A stretch of DNA of 64,000 nucleotides from Terriglobia bacterium. Its GTDB lineage: Bacteria; Acidobacteriota; Polarisedimenticolia; Polarisedimenticolales; JAIQFR01. The notes beneath the pieces are model-generated. The model had not been told where the DNA came from and ran no database searches. It was given only the letters and a program-made list of their open reading frames with translations. The position numbers were made by a program, and so were the translations under genes. The DNA is taken from positions 704,001 through 768,000 of the forward strand of contig CAVVHE010000008.1 of assembly GCA_963748015.1 (NCBI GenBank), written 5' to 3'. Below, piece after piece: positions 51,018 to 62,200 of the stretch; the stretch's first letter is position 1; every line of letters begins with the position of its first letter.

Positions 51018-52718
51018 TCAACGCGCGAGCGGGCGAGCCTCGGCGCGGACGGCGGGGTCGTCCGGCGCCAGGCGGAGCGCCTCCCGGGCCTCGCTTCGCG
51101 CCTCGACGGGCCGGCCCGTGGCCGCGAGGGCCGACGCGAGCCCGGCGTGCGCCCGGGCGTAGCCGGGGAACAGCCGGATCGCCTCTCGAAGCTCCTTCTC
51201 GGCCGCCTCCGGCTTCCCGGCGTACAGCAGGCTCCTCCCGAGGTCGTACCGCACGCGGGGATCCTCGGGGGCGAGGCGCGCCGCCACCCCGTACTCGCCG
51301 ATCGCCTCCGCGAGCCTTCCCCTGGTTGCGAGCGCGTTGCCGAGGTTCATGCGCGCCGGCGCGAGCCGGGGGTCGAGCTCGGTCGCGCGCCGGAAGTGGA
51401 CGATCGCCTCGTCGATCTTCCCGCGCTCGACCAGCGCCATGCCGAGATTGTCGTGCCCGAGCGGATCGCGCGGGCTCACGGCGATGGAGCGCTCGAAAAG
51501 CGTCACGCTGTTTCTCCAGTACCCCTGCTGCACCCACGCGGCGGCCCCGAGCGCCGCGACGGCCGCCAGCCCGGTGGCCACCGTGGCGGCCCGGAGCGAG
51601 CCGCGGGTCCGGGCGGCCCCCCACGGCGGGAGCGCCCAGGCGGCCGCGGCGAGCGGGCCGATCAGGGGGACGTACGCGTAGCGGTCGGCGCGCGCCTGCG
51701 AGCCGACCTGCACCAGGCCGAGGACCGGAAGGAGCGTGACCAGGTACCAGGTCCACGCCACCGAAGCGGCGCGGCCCGCCTTCACCGCGGCGACGGTGAC
51801 GAGGGTCAGGAGCAGGAGGCTGCCGCCGACCTGCCAGGCGGGGAGGGCCGACTCCGGGTGCGGGTAGTACACCGCCAGATCCGCCGGCCAGACCATCTTG
51901 ACGAGATACCAGGCCGCGGACACCGCGGCGTTGGCGAGGCGCGCGCCCGCCGGAATCGCGTCGACCGAGCGGACCGCTCCCAGCGACGTCTGTGCCCAGA
52001 GGGTCGCGACGCCGCAGGCGGCCGACGCGGCGAGGAACGGCAGCTTCTCGGCCGCGAGGCGAAGGGCCGTCGCGGCGCGGGTCTCGCCGCGGCGCACTCG
52101 CCTCTCGAGACGGAGCCAGTCCACGAGGAGCAGCGTGAAGGGGAGGGTCACGGCCATCGGCTTCGACGCGAGCGCGAGGACGGCGAGCGCCAGGACGAGA
52201 AGGTAGCGCCTCGCTCGCGGGCTTCGCACGTAGGCGTCCCACCCGACGAGCGCGAGCAGCCAGAAAAGCGTGCTGAGGACGTTCTTCCGCTCGGCGACCC
52301 ACGCGACGGACTCGACGTTCAGCGGGTGGACCGCGAAGAGGGCGGCCGCGAGGCCGGCCCGCCACGGATCTCCCAGGAGGCTCGCGAGGAGCAGGAAGAG
52401 GACGGCGGCGTTGGCCGCGTGGATCAGCAGGTTCGTGAGATGGTGCCCCGACGCGCGGTCTCCCCACGCCTCGACGTCGGCCATGTGGGACAGCATCGTG
52501 AGCGGATGCCAGTTCCCGTCGGTGGGGGAGGTGAAGGCCGAGCGTACCGAGGCCCCGGTCAGGCCGGCCCGGACGTCGTCGTTCTCCGTGACGTACGTCG
52601 GATCGTCGTAGTTGACGAAGCGATGGCCGAGGGCGGGCGCGTGGACCGCGAACGAGAGCGCCACGAGCGCCATGGCGATGGCGAGCCGGAGGCGACGCGT
52701 GCCGTTCTCGGCGCTCAT
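51018..52718 (-). CDS. TMTC-like membrane glycosyltransferase (GT-C) with TPR repeats
   Basis: FVNYDD, NWHPLT, HPLNVESVAWVAERK, ADRYAY, C-terminal TPRs. Confidence 0.88.
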   Translation of the reverse strand: MSAENGTRRLRLAIAMALVALSFAVHAPALGHRFVNYDDPTYVTENDDVRAGLTGASVRSAFTSPTDGNWHPLTMLSHMADVEAWGDRASGHHLTNLLIHAANAAVLFLLLASLLGDPWRAGLAAALFAVHPLNVESVAWVAERKNVLSTLFWLLALVGWDAYVRSPRARRYLLVLALAVLALASKPMAVTLPFTLLLVDWLRLERRVRRGETRAATALRLAAEKLPFLAASAACGVATLWAQTSLGAVRSVDAIPAGARLANAAVSAAWYLVKMVWPADLAVYYPHPESALPAWQVGGSLLLLTLVTVAAVKAGRAASVAWTWYLVTLLPVLGLVQVGSQARADRYAYVPLIGPLAAAAWALPPWGAARTRGSLRAATVATGLAAVAALGAAAWVQQGYWRNSVTLFERSIAVSPRDPLGHDNLGMALVERGKIDEAIVHFRRATELDPRLAPARMNLGNALATRGRLAEAIGEYGVAARLAPEDPRVRYDLGRSLLYAGKPEAAEKELREAIRLFPGYARAHAGLASALAATGRPVEARSEAREALRLAPDDPAVRAEARPLAR

Positions 52719-52740
52719 GACGGGGCCGGCCGGGCCCGTG

Positions 52741-53298
52741 CTACTTCGCGCGCTCGAGGTAGCTGCCGTCGGCGGTGCTGATCCGCACGACCTCTCCCTC
52801 CTCGATGAACGACGGCACCTGGACGACGAGCCCCGTCTCGAGGGCCGCGGGCTTCCTCTGGGCGGACGCGGTGGCCCCCTTGATCCCGGGCGCCGTCTCC
52901 ACGACCTTGAGGTCCACGGCGGAGGGGAGGTCGATCCCGACCGGCTTCCCGTCGATCCACTCCATCGAGATCATCGCCTCGGGGACGACGTAGGACATCG
53001 TCTCCCCCAGGTCGTCGTCGGCCAGGGCGATCTGGTCGTAGGTCTCGGTGTCCATGAAGTGGTAGCCGTGCTGGTCGTGGTAGAGGTACTGCATCTGCTT
53101 GGTGTCGAGGTTCATCTTCTCGACCTCGTCCTCCGAGCGGAACCGGACCTCGGCGTTGGCGCCGCTCCGGAGATTGCGGAGCTTGGTCTGGACCATCCCC
53201 CGCCAGTTGCCCGGCGTGATGTGCTGCATCGACATCACGCGGTGGGGCTCGTTGTTCACCTTGACGATGTTGCCCTTGCGAATCTCGGTGGCCTTCAT
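52741..53298 (-). CDS. efp: Elongation factor P
   Basis: YLY..FMD.ETYDQ, KPA.LETG..VQVP.FI..GE..I.T..G.Y..R; tip loop HITPGNWRG. Confidence 0.97.
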   Translation of the reverse strand: MKATEIRKGNIVKVNNEPHRVMSMQHITPGNWRGMVQTKLRNLRSGANAEVRFRSEDEVEKMNLDTKQMQYLYHDQHGYHFMDTETYDQIALADDDLGETMSYVVPEAMISMEWIDGKPVGIDLPSAVDLKVVETAPGIKGATASAQRKPAALETGLVVQVPSFIEEGEVVRISTADGSYLERAK

Positions 53299-53314
53299 GG
53301 TTCGACCTCGCCTC

Positions 53315-55552
53315 TCATCTCGAAACGACCTCGAGGGTCGTGTAGGCCGGGAGGATCTTCTTCGAGCCGGTCCCGGCGAAACGAATCGTCAGCTTGAGCG
53401 TCTTGCCGCTCCCTTCCCTCTCCAGGATTCGCCCGCTCCCGAATCGGGGATGGGCCACGATCGCCCCGACCCGAAACCCGTCCTCGGGGACGGGGCCGGA
53501 GGGCGCCGCCGGCGCCTGGACCGCTTCCACCGATCGGGGTCGCGAGGCGGCGCGGGCGGCGGACGAGCCGAAGCGCCCGGCGTCGTGACGGAAGCTTCCC
53601 GCGGCCGGCTCCGAGGCGCGGTCGAAGGGCCGGGAGACGGTCTCGCGGACCAGCTCCCTCGGGATCTCGAACAGGAAGCGGGACGGCGCGGCGAAGGTCG
53701 GCTGTCCCTGGATGCGGCGCACCTCCGCGAGGCTGAGCAGCAGCCGCTCCTTCGCGCGGGTCATCGCCACGTAGCAGAGCCGGCGCTCCTCCTCGAGGTC
53801 GTCGTCGGACTCCTGCGCGCGCGCGTGGGGGAACAGGTTCTCCTCGAGCCCCGCCAGGAAGACCACCGGGAACTCGAGCCCCTTGGCGCAGTGGATGGTC
53901 ATCAGCGTCACGCCCGGCTTCGCGCCGACCTCGTCCGCGTCCGAGACGAGCGCCGACCGGTCCAGGAACCCCAGGAGCAGGCCCTCGCCGTTCTCGTCCT
54001 GGTACTCCGCGGCGGCGGAGACCAGCGCGCGGACGTTGTCCATCCGGTCGGCTCCCTCGCCCGGGTGGGAGCGCGAGAGGTAGTCCGCGTAGTCGAGGTC
54101 GGCGATCAGCCCCTCGAGCAGGAGCACCACCGGCTCGCGCGCCGCGCGCTCCGCGAGACCGTGCGCCAGGTCGAGGAAGATGCGCACCAGCCGCGCCGAT
54201 CGCGGGGAGACGAGCCCGTCCGCCAGGGCCCGGTCGGCCGCGGCCGAGAGCGGGATGCCCTCGGCGCGAGCCACGTCCTCGATGACCTTCAGCGTGGCGT
54301 CGCCGATCCCCCGCGGGGGCGTGTTCAGCACCCTCCGGAACGAGACGTCGTCCGAGGGGTTCGCGGCCAGCTTCAGGTACGCGAGGATGTCCTTGACCTC
54401 CTTGCGCTCGTAGAAGCGCACCGACCCCACCACCTGGTAGGGGAGGCGGTCGGCGCGCAGGGCCTCCTCGAGCAGCCTCGACTGCGCGTTGGTGCGGTAG
54501 AGGACCGCGAAGTCCTGGTGGGATCGTCCAGGAAGCAGCTCGGCGATCCGGCGGGAGATCCATCGCGCTTCCGCCCGGTCGTCGGGGGCGCGGAACAGCT
54601 CGATCGGCTCGCCGCGGGCGTTCCGGGTCCAGAGGCTCTTTCCCTTGCGGCCGACGTTCTTCGCGACGACGGCGCCGGCGGCGTCCAGGATGATCCCCGT
54701 GGAACGGTAGTTCTGCTCGAGCTTGACCACCCGCGTGCCGGGGTGGTCCTTCTCGAAGTCCAGGATGTTGCGGATCTCCGCCCCGCGGAACTTGTAGATC
54801 GACTGGTCCTCGTCGCCCACGACGCAGACGTTGTCGTGCCGGGACGACAGGGCCTTGACCAGCGCGTACTGAGGCCGGTTGGTGTCCTGATACTCGTCCA
54901 CCAGCAGGTGCTCGCAGCGGGACGCGTACCGGGCCGCCGTCTCCTCGTCCTTCGTGAGGAGCTCCAGGGCGCGGAGGAGCAGGTCGTCGAAGTCCACCGC
55001 CCCGGCCCGGCGCAGCCTCTCCTCGTAGATCTCGTACGTCCGGGCGGCGAGCCTCGCCTCGGGCGAGAAGGCGCGCTCGGCCATCGCGGCCGGCGTGATC
55101 ATGGCGTTCTTGGCCCGGCTGATCCGCGAGAGGACCGGCCGCGCGGCCGGCGGCTCGTCGTCGGTGTGCTCGTCCCGGAGGATCCGGCGCACGAGCGCCA
55201 TCTGGTCGTCGGCGTCGTACACGACGAAGCCCGGGTCGAGTCCGATCCGCATGCCGTCGCGCCGCAGGATCCTGAGGCACATCGCGTGGAACGTGCCGAT
55301 CCACGCCGGCAGCGCGCCGGCGCCGAGCAGCCGCTCGACCCGCGAGCGCATCTCGCCGGCGGCCTTGTTCGTGAAGGTCACGGCGACGATCCGCGAGGGA
55401 TCCACGCCGACGTGGAGGACGAGATGGGCGATCCGGTGGGTGATGACCCGGGTCTTGCCGGAGCCGGCCCCCGCGAGGACGAGCAGGGGCCCTCCCCCGT
55501 GGGTGACCGCCTCGACCTGGGCGGGGTTCAGCCCGTCGAGCAGCTCGCTCAT
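53315..55552 (-). CDS. pcrA: ATP-dependent DNA helicase UvrD/PcrA
   Basis: AGAGSGKT, VDEYQD, GDEDQSIY, LEQNYRS, TIHCAKGLEF, EERRLCYVAMTRA, C-terminal Tudor-like HPRFG.G. Confidence 0.95.
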   Translation of the reverse strand: MSELLDGLNPAQVEAVTHGGGPLLVLAGAGSGKTRVITHRIAHLVLHVGVDPSRIVAVTFTNKAAGEMRSRVERLLGAGALPAWIGTFHAMCLRILRRDGMRIGLDPGFVVYDADDQMALVRRILRDEHTDDEPPAARPVLSRISRAKNAMITPAAMAERAFSPEARLAARTYEIYEERLRRAGAVDFDDLLLRALELLTKDEETAARYASRCEHLLVDEYQDTNRPQYALVKALSSRHDNVCVVGDEDQSIYKFRGAEIRNILDFEKDHPGTRVVKLEQNYRSTGIILDAAGAVVAKNVGRKGKSLWTRNARGEPIELFRAPDDRAEARWISRRIAELLPGRSHQDFAVLYRTNAQSRLLEEALRADRLPYQVVGSVRFYERKEVKDILAYLKLAANPSDDVSFRRVLNTPPRGIGDATLKVIEDVARAEGIPLSAAADRALADGLVSPRSARLVRIFLDLAHGLAERAAREPVVLLLEGLIADLDYADYLSRSHPGEGADRMDNVRALVSAAAEYQDENGEGLLLGFLDRSALVSDADEVGAKPGVTLMTIHCAKGLEFPVVFLAGLEENLFPHARAQESDDDLEEERRLCYVAMTRAKERLLLSLAEVRRIQGQPTFAAPSRFLFEIPRELVRETVSRPFDRASEPAAGSFRHDAGRFGSSAARAASRPRSVEAVQAPAAPSGPVPEDGFRVGAIVAHPRFGSGRILEREGSGKTLKLTIRFAGTGSKKILPAYTTLEVVSR

Positions 55553-55642
55553 GGGCACACGTCCGCCCCGGCGCGCCGCGTACGCTGATCGAACCGCTCC
55601 GGTGGATTCAAGCGACCTCCCGACTGCCGATCGAAGCCGTAA

Positions 55643-55805
55643 GTCGGGATTCCGCGTTCGAGGTCGACCCGAAGCGGCCCTGTTTTCGAGCGGCCGTTTC
55701 TTCCCTGAACGGCCGCTCGAAAACCGGAGCCAGGCGGCGCGGCGACTCGAGCCGCGCAACGCCGCAGCGCGCCGCGCGGGTCGACCTCGAACGCGGAATC
55801 CCGAC
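55643..55805 (-). repeat. Structured intergenic element, copy B
   Basis: Perfect 29-bp inverted repeat 55643-55671/55777-55805 enclosing two hairpins; homologous to 7828-7989. Confidence 0.85.
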
Positions 55806-55831
55806 GTGCCCGCCTAGTGTAGCGAATCGCG

Positions 55832-55948
55832 AATGCCGCTGCACCCGGGAGGGGGAGTTGGGGCCGGCGAGGGACGGCAACCGCTCAGGTACGATGCCAG
55901 GCAGTCGCCTTCAAGCAGTCGGTGTCGTGCAGGCCGGTTGCAGTTCCC
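55832..55948. ncRNA. Possible structured RNA between glmS and pcrA (unassigned)
   Basis: Nested pairing CTGCACCCGG/CCGGTTGCAG, GAGG-GAC/GTC-CCTT, GGCA/TGCC. Confidence 0.3.
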
Positions 55949-55954
55949 GTCGGA

Positions 55955-57796
<1,842 letters not shown>

Positions 57797-57894
57797 GAGT
57801 CCACCCCCCACCGGTGCCGGTCAGGGAGAATATAGTTCCCTCGCCGCGGCGAGACACGCGGGCTCGCCTTGGATCGAGGCGGGCCGGAGCGGTC

Positions 57895-59334
57895 CTACCG
57901 CCGGCGACGTCCCGTCTTCGGCTTCTCTTCCTTCTTGAGTTTGTTCTTCTGACGCTCGACCCAGCCGAGGATGTTCGTCTGCCGGGCGCGGCCGATGGCC
58001 AGGGAGCCCGCCGGCACGTTCTCGGTGACCGTGGTTCCGGCCGCGACGTACGCGCCCTTGCCCACCCTGACCGGCGCCACGAGCTGGGTGTCGCTCCCGA
58101 TGAAGACTCCGGGGCCGAGGGTCGTGGGGTGCTTTCGCCGCCCGTCGTAGTTGCACGTGATCGTGCCGGCGCCGATGTTGCAGCCCGGTCCGATGGTGGC
58201 GTCCCCGAGGTAGGTCAGGTGCTGGGCCTTGGAGCCCCGGCCGAGCCGCGTCTTCTTCATCTCGACGAAGTTCCCGATCTTGGCGCCGGGTTCGAGGACC
58301 GATCCGGGCCTCAAGTGCGAGAACGGCCCCGCCGACGAGCCGTCCTTGAGGCGGCTCCCCTCGATGACGCTGTGGTCCTTGATCTCGACGCCGCGGCCGA
58401 GCACCACGTCCACGAGGCGGCAGCCGGAGCGGACGGTGCATTCCTCGCCGATGATCGATCGTCCCTCGACGAGGACGTCGGGATAGAGCACCGTGTCCCG
58501 CCCGACGCGCGCCCGCGGGTCCACCCAGGTTCTCGAGGAATCGAGCAGGGTGACCCCGGCGTCCTGCAGCGCCGCGGCCTTGCGGGCGTAGAGGGTCAGG
58601 CCGGCGCGCGCCAGCTCCGCGCGGGTGTTGACGCCGAGAACCTCCTCGGCGTCGTCGTGGAGGACGGCGACCACCTTCTCGCCGCGCTCGAGGAGCCGGT
58701 GCACGGCATCCGTGAGGTAGTACTCCCGCTGGGCGTTCGCCGGCTCGAGCGAGCGCAGGACCGCGAGGAGCTTCCCCGCGTCCGCGCAGTAGATGCCGCA
58801 GTTGATCTCGGCGATCTCCCGCTCCGCCGGGCTCGCGTCGCGGTGCTCCACGATCCGGAGGACGCCCCCCGAGGGGTCGCGCACCACCCGGCCGTAGCCG
58901 GCCGGGTCGGGGATCTTCGCGGAGACGAGGGTCAGGGCCGCGCCCGAGCGCCGGTGGCGCGCGACGAGAGCTCGAAGGGTCGCCGTGCGGAGCGTCGGGA
59001 GGTCGCCGTTCAAGATAAGGAGGGTCGAGGGGCGGGCCCGTCGGAGAAGCGGGGCGGTCACGAGCACCGCGTGTCCCGTTCCGCGCTGATCCTCCTGGAG
59101 GACGAAATCGTCGCTCAGGTCGGCCAGCGCGCCGCGCACCTCGTCCGCCTGGTGGCCGATCACGGTGATCCGCCGCGCCGGTCCGAGCCCGCGCGCCGCC
59201 TCGAGAACGTGGGCCACCATGGGGCGCCCGGCGACCTGGTGCAGGAGCTTGATGCGCCGCGATCGCATCCGCTTGCCGAGGCCGGCGGCGAGCACCAGGA
59301 CGGTGAGCGGCGACCGAGACGGGCCGCGGCTCAT
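57895..59334 (-). CDS. glmU: Bifunctional UDP-GlcNAc pyrophosphorylase/acetyltransferase
   Basis: LAAGLGKRM, GTGHA, GYGRVVR, EYYLTD, GNFVEMK, HLTYLGD, GAGTITCNYDG. Confidence 0.97.
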   Translation of the reverse strand: MSRGPSRSPLTVLVLAAGLGKRMRSRRIKLLHQVAGRPMVAHVLEAARGLGPARRITVIGHQADEVRGALADLSDDFVLQEDQRGTGHAVLVTAPLLRRARPSTLLILNGDLPTLRTATLRALVARHRRSGAALTLVSAKIPDPAGYGRVVRDPSGGVLRIVEHRDASPAEREIAEINCGIYCADAGKLLAVLRSLEPANAQREYYLTDAVHRLLERGEKVVAVLHDDAEEVLGVNTRAELARAGLTLYARKAAALQDAGVTLLDSSRTWVDPRARVGRDTVLYPDVLVEGRSIIGEECTVRSGCRLVDVVLGRGVEIKDHSVIEGSRLKDGSSAGPFSHLRPGSVLEPGAKIGNFVEMKKTRLGRGSKAQHLTYLGDATIGPGCNIGAGTITCNYDGRRKHPTTLGPGVFIGSDTQLVAPVRVGKGAYVAAGTTVTENVPAGSLAIGRARQTNILGWVERQKNKLKKEEKPKTGRRRR

Positions 59335-59936
59335 TTCTCGTCGGGGGTGGGCTCGATGACGTCGATGAAGACGGCCTCGTCCCGCACCTTGTCGAAATCG
59401 GGATCGTTGGCGGCCTGGAACCGGCAGCGGGGGTCGATCGCCACCGCCTGGCGGAGGTCGGCGGCCGCGCCCTCGGCGAGGCCGGACAGGGCTCGCGCGG
59501 CCGCCCTGGCGTAGAAGACGCCCGCCGACGACGCGTCGAGCTGCGCCGCCCGGTCGAGGTACTCGAGGGCCCGCGCGTACTGGCCGTCGTTCGCGCTCAC
59601 GACGCCGGCGAAGTAGAGCTCCTCGGCGGTCTCCGGCTTCCGCTCCGGGGGGGCGAGCTTTCGCGCGCAGATCGTGGCGTAGGTCCTGGCCCTCTGCGCC
59701 ATCACCGGCTCGTCCGGGTTCTCCTTGCGGAGCAAGTCGAAGATCTCCATCGACTTGGCGTAGCTCCCCTGATGCAGGAGATCGATCGCGGTGGCGAAAT
59801 CGCGCAGGGACTGTTCGTACGCCTCGGTGAGCTTCGGCTTCGGCGGAGTCTTCTGCGGCTTCGCGGGCGCCTCGGGTTTGGCCGCCTTGGGGTGCGCGGG
59901 CGTCTTGGTGGCCGGGACCTTCTTCTTCGTCGGCAT
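59331..59936 (-). CDS. TPR-repeat protein with Lys/Pro-rich N-terminus
   Basis: Helical repeats ending AVAIDPRCRFQAANDPDF; overlaps the glmU start. Confidence 0.8.
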   Translation of the reverse strand: MPTKKKVPATKTPAHPKAAKPEAPAKPQKTPPKPKLTEAYEQSLRDFATAIDLLHQGSYAKSMEIFDLLRKENPDEPVMAQRARTYATICARKLAPPERKPETAEELYFAGVVSANDGQYARALEYLDRAAQLDASSAGVFYARAAARALSGLAEGAAADLRQAVAIDPRCRFQAANDPDFDKVRDEAVFIDVIEPTPDEK

Positions 59937-60092
59937 GGGTCGCTCTCCGCAGCTCCGGACGCAAAGCCGTTCGCGAGTACGGACGGCGAGTCGCTCCCGC
60001 CGTACGCGTCGCGATAACGAGCCATCATAGCGGGGGGGTCCAAGGGATTCAACTGCGTCCGGCGGGACCGCGGGACCCGGTAGAATGCGGGT

Positions 60093-60608
60093 GTGGTGGT
60101 GGAGGGGTACGTCGGTCTCGGGAGCAACCTGGGCGACCGGGAGGCCTACCTGCGCGCGGGGATCGAGGGGATCGGCCGGCCGGGAGTTGTCGCGGAGGCG
60201 CTCTCGTCGGTCTGGGAGACCCAGCCGGTGGACACCGAGGAGCCGCTCTGGTTCCTGAACATGGTCGTCCGCATCGCCACCCGGCTGTCGCCCGAGGAGG
60301 TCCTCGACCGGCTGCTGCGGGTGGAGGCCGAGGTCGGGCGGGTGCGCAGCTCGAGGAACGCGCCGAGGGTGCTGGACCTCGACCTGCTGATCCTGGGGGA
60401 CTTCCGCCGCGAGGGCGAGCGGCTCGTCCTCCCGCACCCGCGCATGTGGGAGCGCCGGTTCGTGCTCGCTCCGCTCGAGGAGCTCGCCTCCGGCCTCGTC
60501 CGCCCGGGCACCGGCCGCACCGTCCGCGAGGAGCTCGAAGCGCTCCCCGATCCCCACACGGCGCGAAAGATCGGAACGCTTGCCTTGCCGGGAGCGCGCC
60601 CCTTATAA
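60093..60608 (+). CDS. folK: 2-amino-4-hydroxy-6-hydroxymethyldihydropteridine diphosphokinase
   Basis: YVGLGSNLGDR, FLN, PRVLDLDLL, LPHPRMWERRFVLAPL. Confidence 0.95.
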   Translation: MVVEGYVGLGSNLGDREAYLRAGIEGIGRPGVVAEALSSVWETQPVDTEEPLWFLNMVVRIATRLSPEEVLDRLLRVEAEVGRVRSSRNAPRVLDLDLLILGDFRREGERLVLPHPRMWERRFVLAPLEELASGLVRPGTGRTVREELEALPDPHTARKIGTLALPGARPL

Positions 60609-60632
60609 TCGCGCCCCCTCAACGGGAGAGGC

Positions 60633-61270
60633 ATGAAATTTCGGTCGATCGCGGTCGAAGGCCCCATCGGCGTCGGTAAGACCTCGTTCGTGGAGCTCCT
60701 CGCCCGGAAGATCGAGGCGCAGAAGGTCCTGGAGCAGGTCGACAACCCGTTCCTGCGGGACTTCTACCAGGACAAGACCGGGATCGGCCTTCCAGGCGCA
60801 GCTCTTCTTCCTCCTGTCCCGCTACCGGCAGCTGATGGAGCTGGGGCAGCGCGACCTGTTCCCCAGGTCGCGGTTTGCGACTACATCTTCCCGAAGGACA
60901 AGATCTTCGCCTACCTGAACCTCGACGACAGCGAGCTCCTGATCTACGACAAGCTCTACGCGATGCTGGAGCCGCAGGTGCCGAAGCCGGACCTGGTGAT
61001 CTTCCTGCAGGCCGAGACCGCACGCCTCGTCGAGCGGATCAAGCGCCGCCGCGGGACTACGAGGCCGAGATCTGCGAGGCGTACGTCAACGAGGTCAACA
61101 AGGCGTACAACTACTTCTTCTTCCACTACACCCAGACCCCGCTCCTGGTGATCGACACCACCGAGATCGACTTCGTGCACCACGAGGAGCACCTCGACGA
61201 GCTGATCGAGCAAATCCGGAAAATGGACCGGGGGGTGCAGTACTACCGGCCCCTCGGCTCCGCGTCCTAG
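60633..61270 (+). CDS. Deoxynucleoside kinase (several apparent frameshifts)
   Basis: IAVEGPIGVGKT, NPFL..FY, QLFFL in a shifted frame, DYIFPKD, PKPDLVIFLQA, IDTTEIDFV. Confidence 0.85.
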
Positions 61271-61369
61271 GAGCCCGGCCGAGTCGTCCCGCGACCCGCG
61301 CGATGACGCGGAGGGGCTCCCAGCTTCCCTCGACCGCCCGGCGGGGCAGCGGGGAGAACGGGAGGCCGC

Positions 61370-62192
61370 GTGAGTCCCACCGAGAAGAAGCCCTTGCGCA
61401 TGACCGTCCCCGCTTTTCGCGCCCGGAAGGGGCAGGGGAGCCCCCTCGTCGTGCTGACCGCGTATGACGCGTACCACCGCTCTCGCGGCGGAGGAGGCGG
61501 GGGTGGACTGCCTGCTCGTGGGCGACTCCCTGGGCATGGTGGTCCTGGGGTACGACACGACGCTCAAGGTCACCATGGACGAGATGCTGCACCACGCCCG
61601 GGCGGTCGGGCGGGTGCGGCGGCGCGCGCTGCTGGTCGCCGACATGCCGTGGCTGTCGTTCCACCTCGGCGAGGAGGATGCCGTGCGCAACGCCGCCCGC
61701 TTCGTGCGGGAGGCGGGTGCCGACGCCGTGAAGATCGAGGGGGGGCGGCGGCGCCTGACGGTCGTGCGCGCGCTCCTCGACGCCGAGATCCCGGTGATGG
61801 GGCACCTCGGCCTCACCCCGCAGTCGGTCCTCCGCTTCGGCGGGTACAAGGTCCAGGGACGGGCGGAGGCCGATGCGGATGCCCTCGTCGACGACGCCCG
61901 CGCGCTCGCCGACGCGGGAGTCTTCTCGATCGTGCTCGAGGGGATCCCCGCCGGTCTCGCGGAGAGGGTGACCGCCGAGGTCGGGGTCCCCACGATCGGC
62001 ATCGGCGCCGGCCGCCGGTGCGACGGCCAGGTCCTGGTGATCCACGACCTCCTCGGCCTGCTCCCCGGCCCCGCGCCGAAATTCGTGCGCCGCTACGCGA
62101 ACCTCCACGAATCGGAGGTCGAGGCCATCCGCCGCTGGGCCGACGACGTCCGCGCCCGGAAGTACCCGTCGGACGCCGAGACCTATTCGTAG
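61370..62192 (+). CDS. panB: 3-methyl-2-oxobutanoate hydroxymethyltransferase (1-nt indel near 61470)
   Basis: LTAYD then LLVGDSLGM, ADMP, VKIEGG, GHLGLTPQ, IGIGAG..DGQVLV. Confidence 0.93.
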
Positions 62193-62200
62193 GGGAACCC

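Noticed and set aside
55875..55910. SRP (4.5S), 6S RNA or glmS ribozyme
   Set aside because: Helix-8 stem and GNRA loop absent; too short for 6S; lies downstream rather than upstream of glmS
61460..61480. Programmed frameshift in panB
   Set aside because: No slippery sequence; the neighbouring dNK also has indels, so sequencing error is more likely
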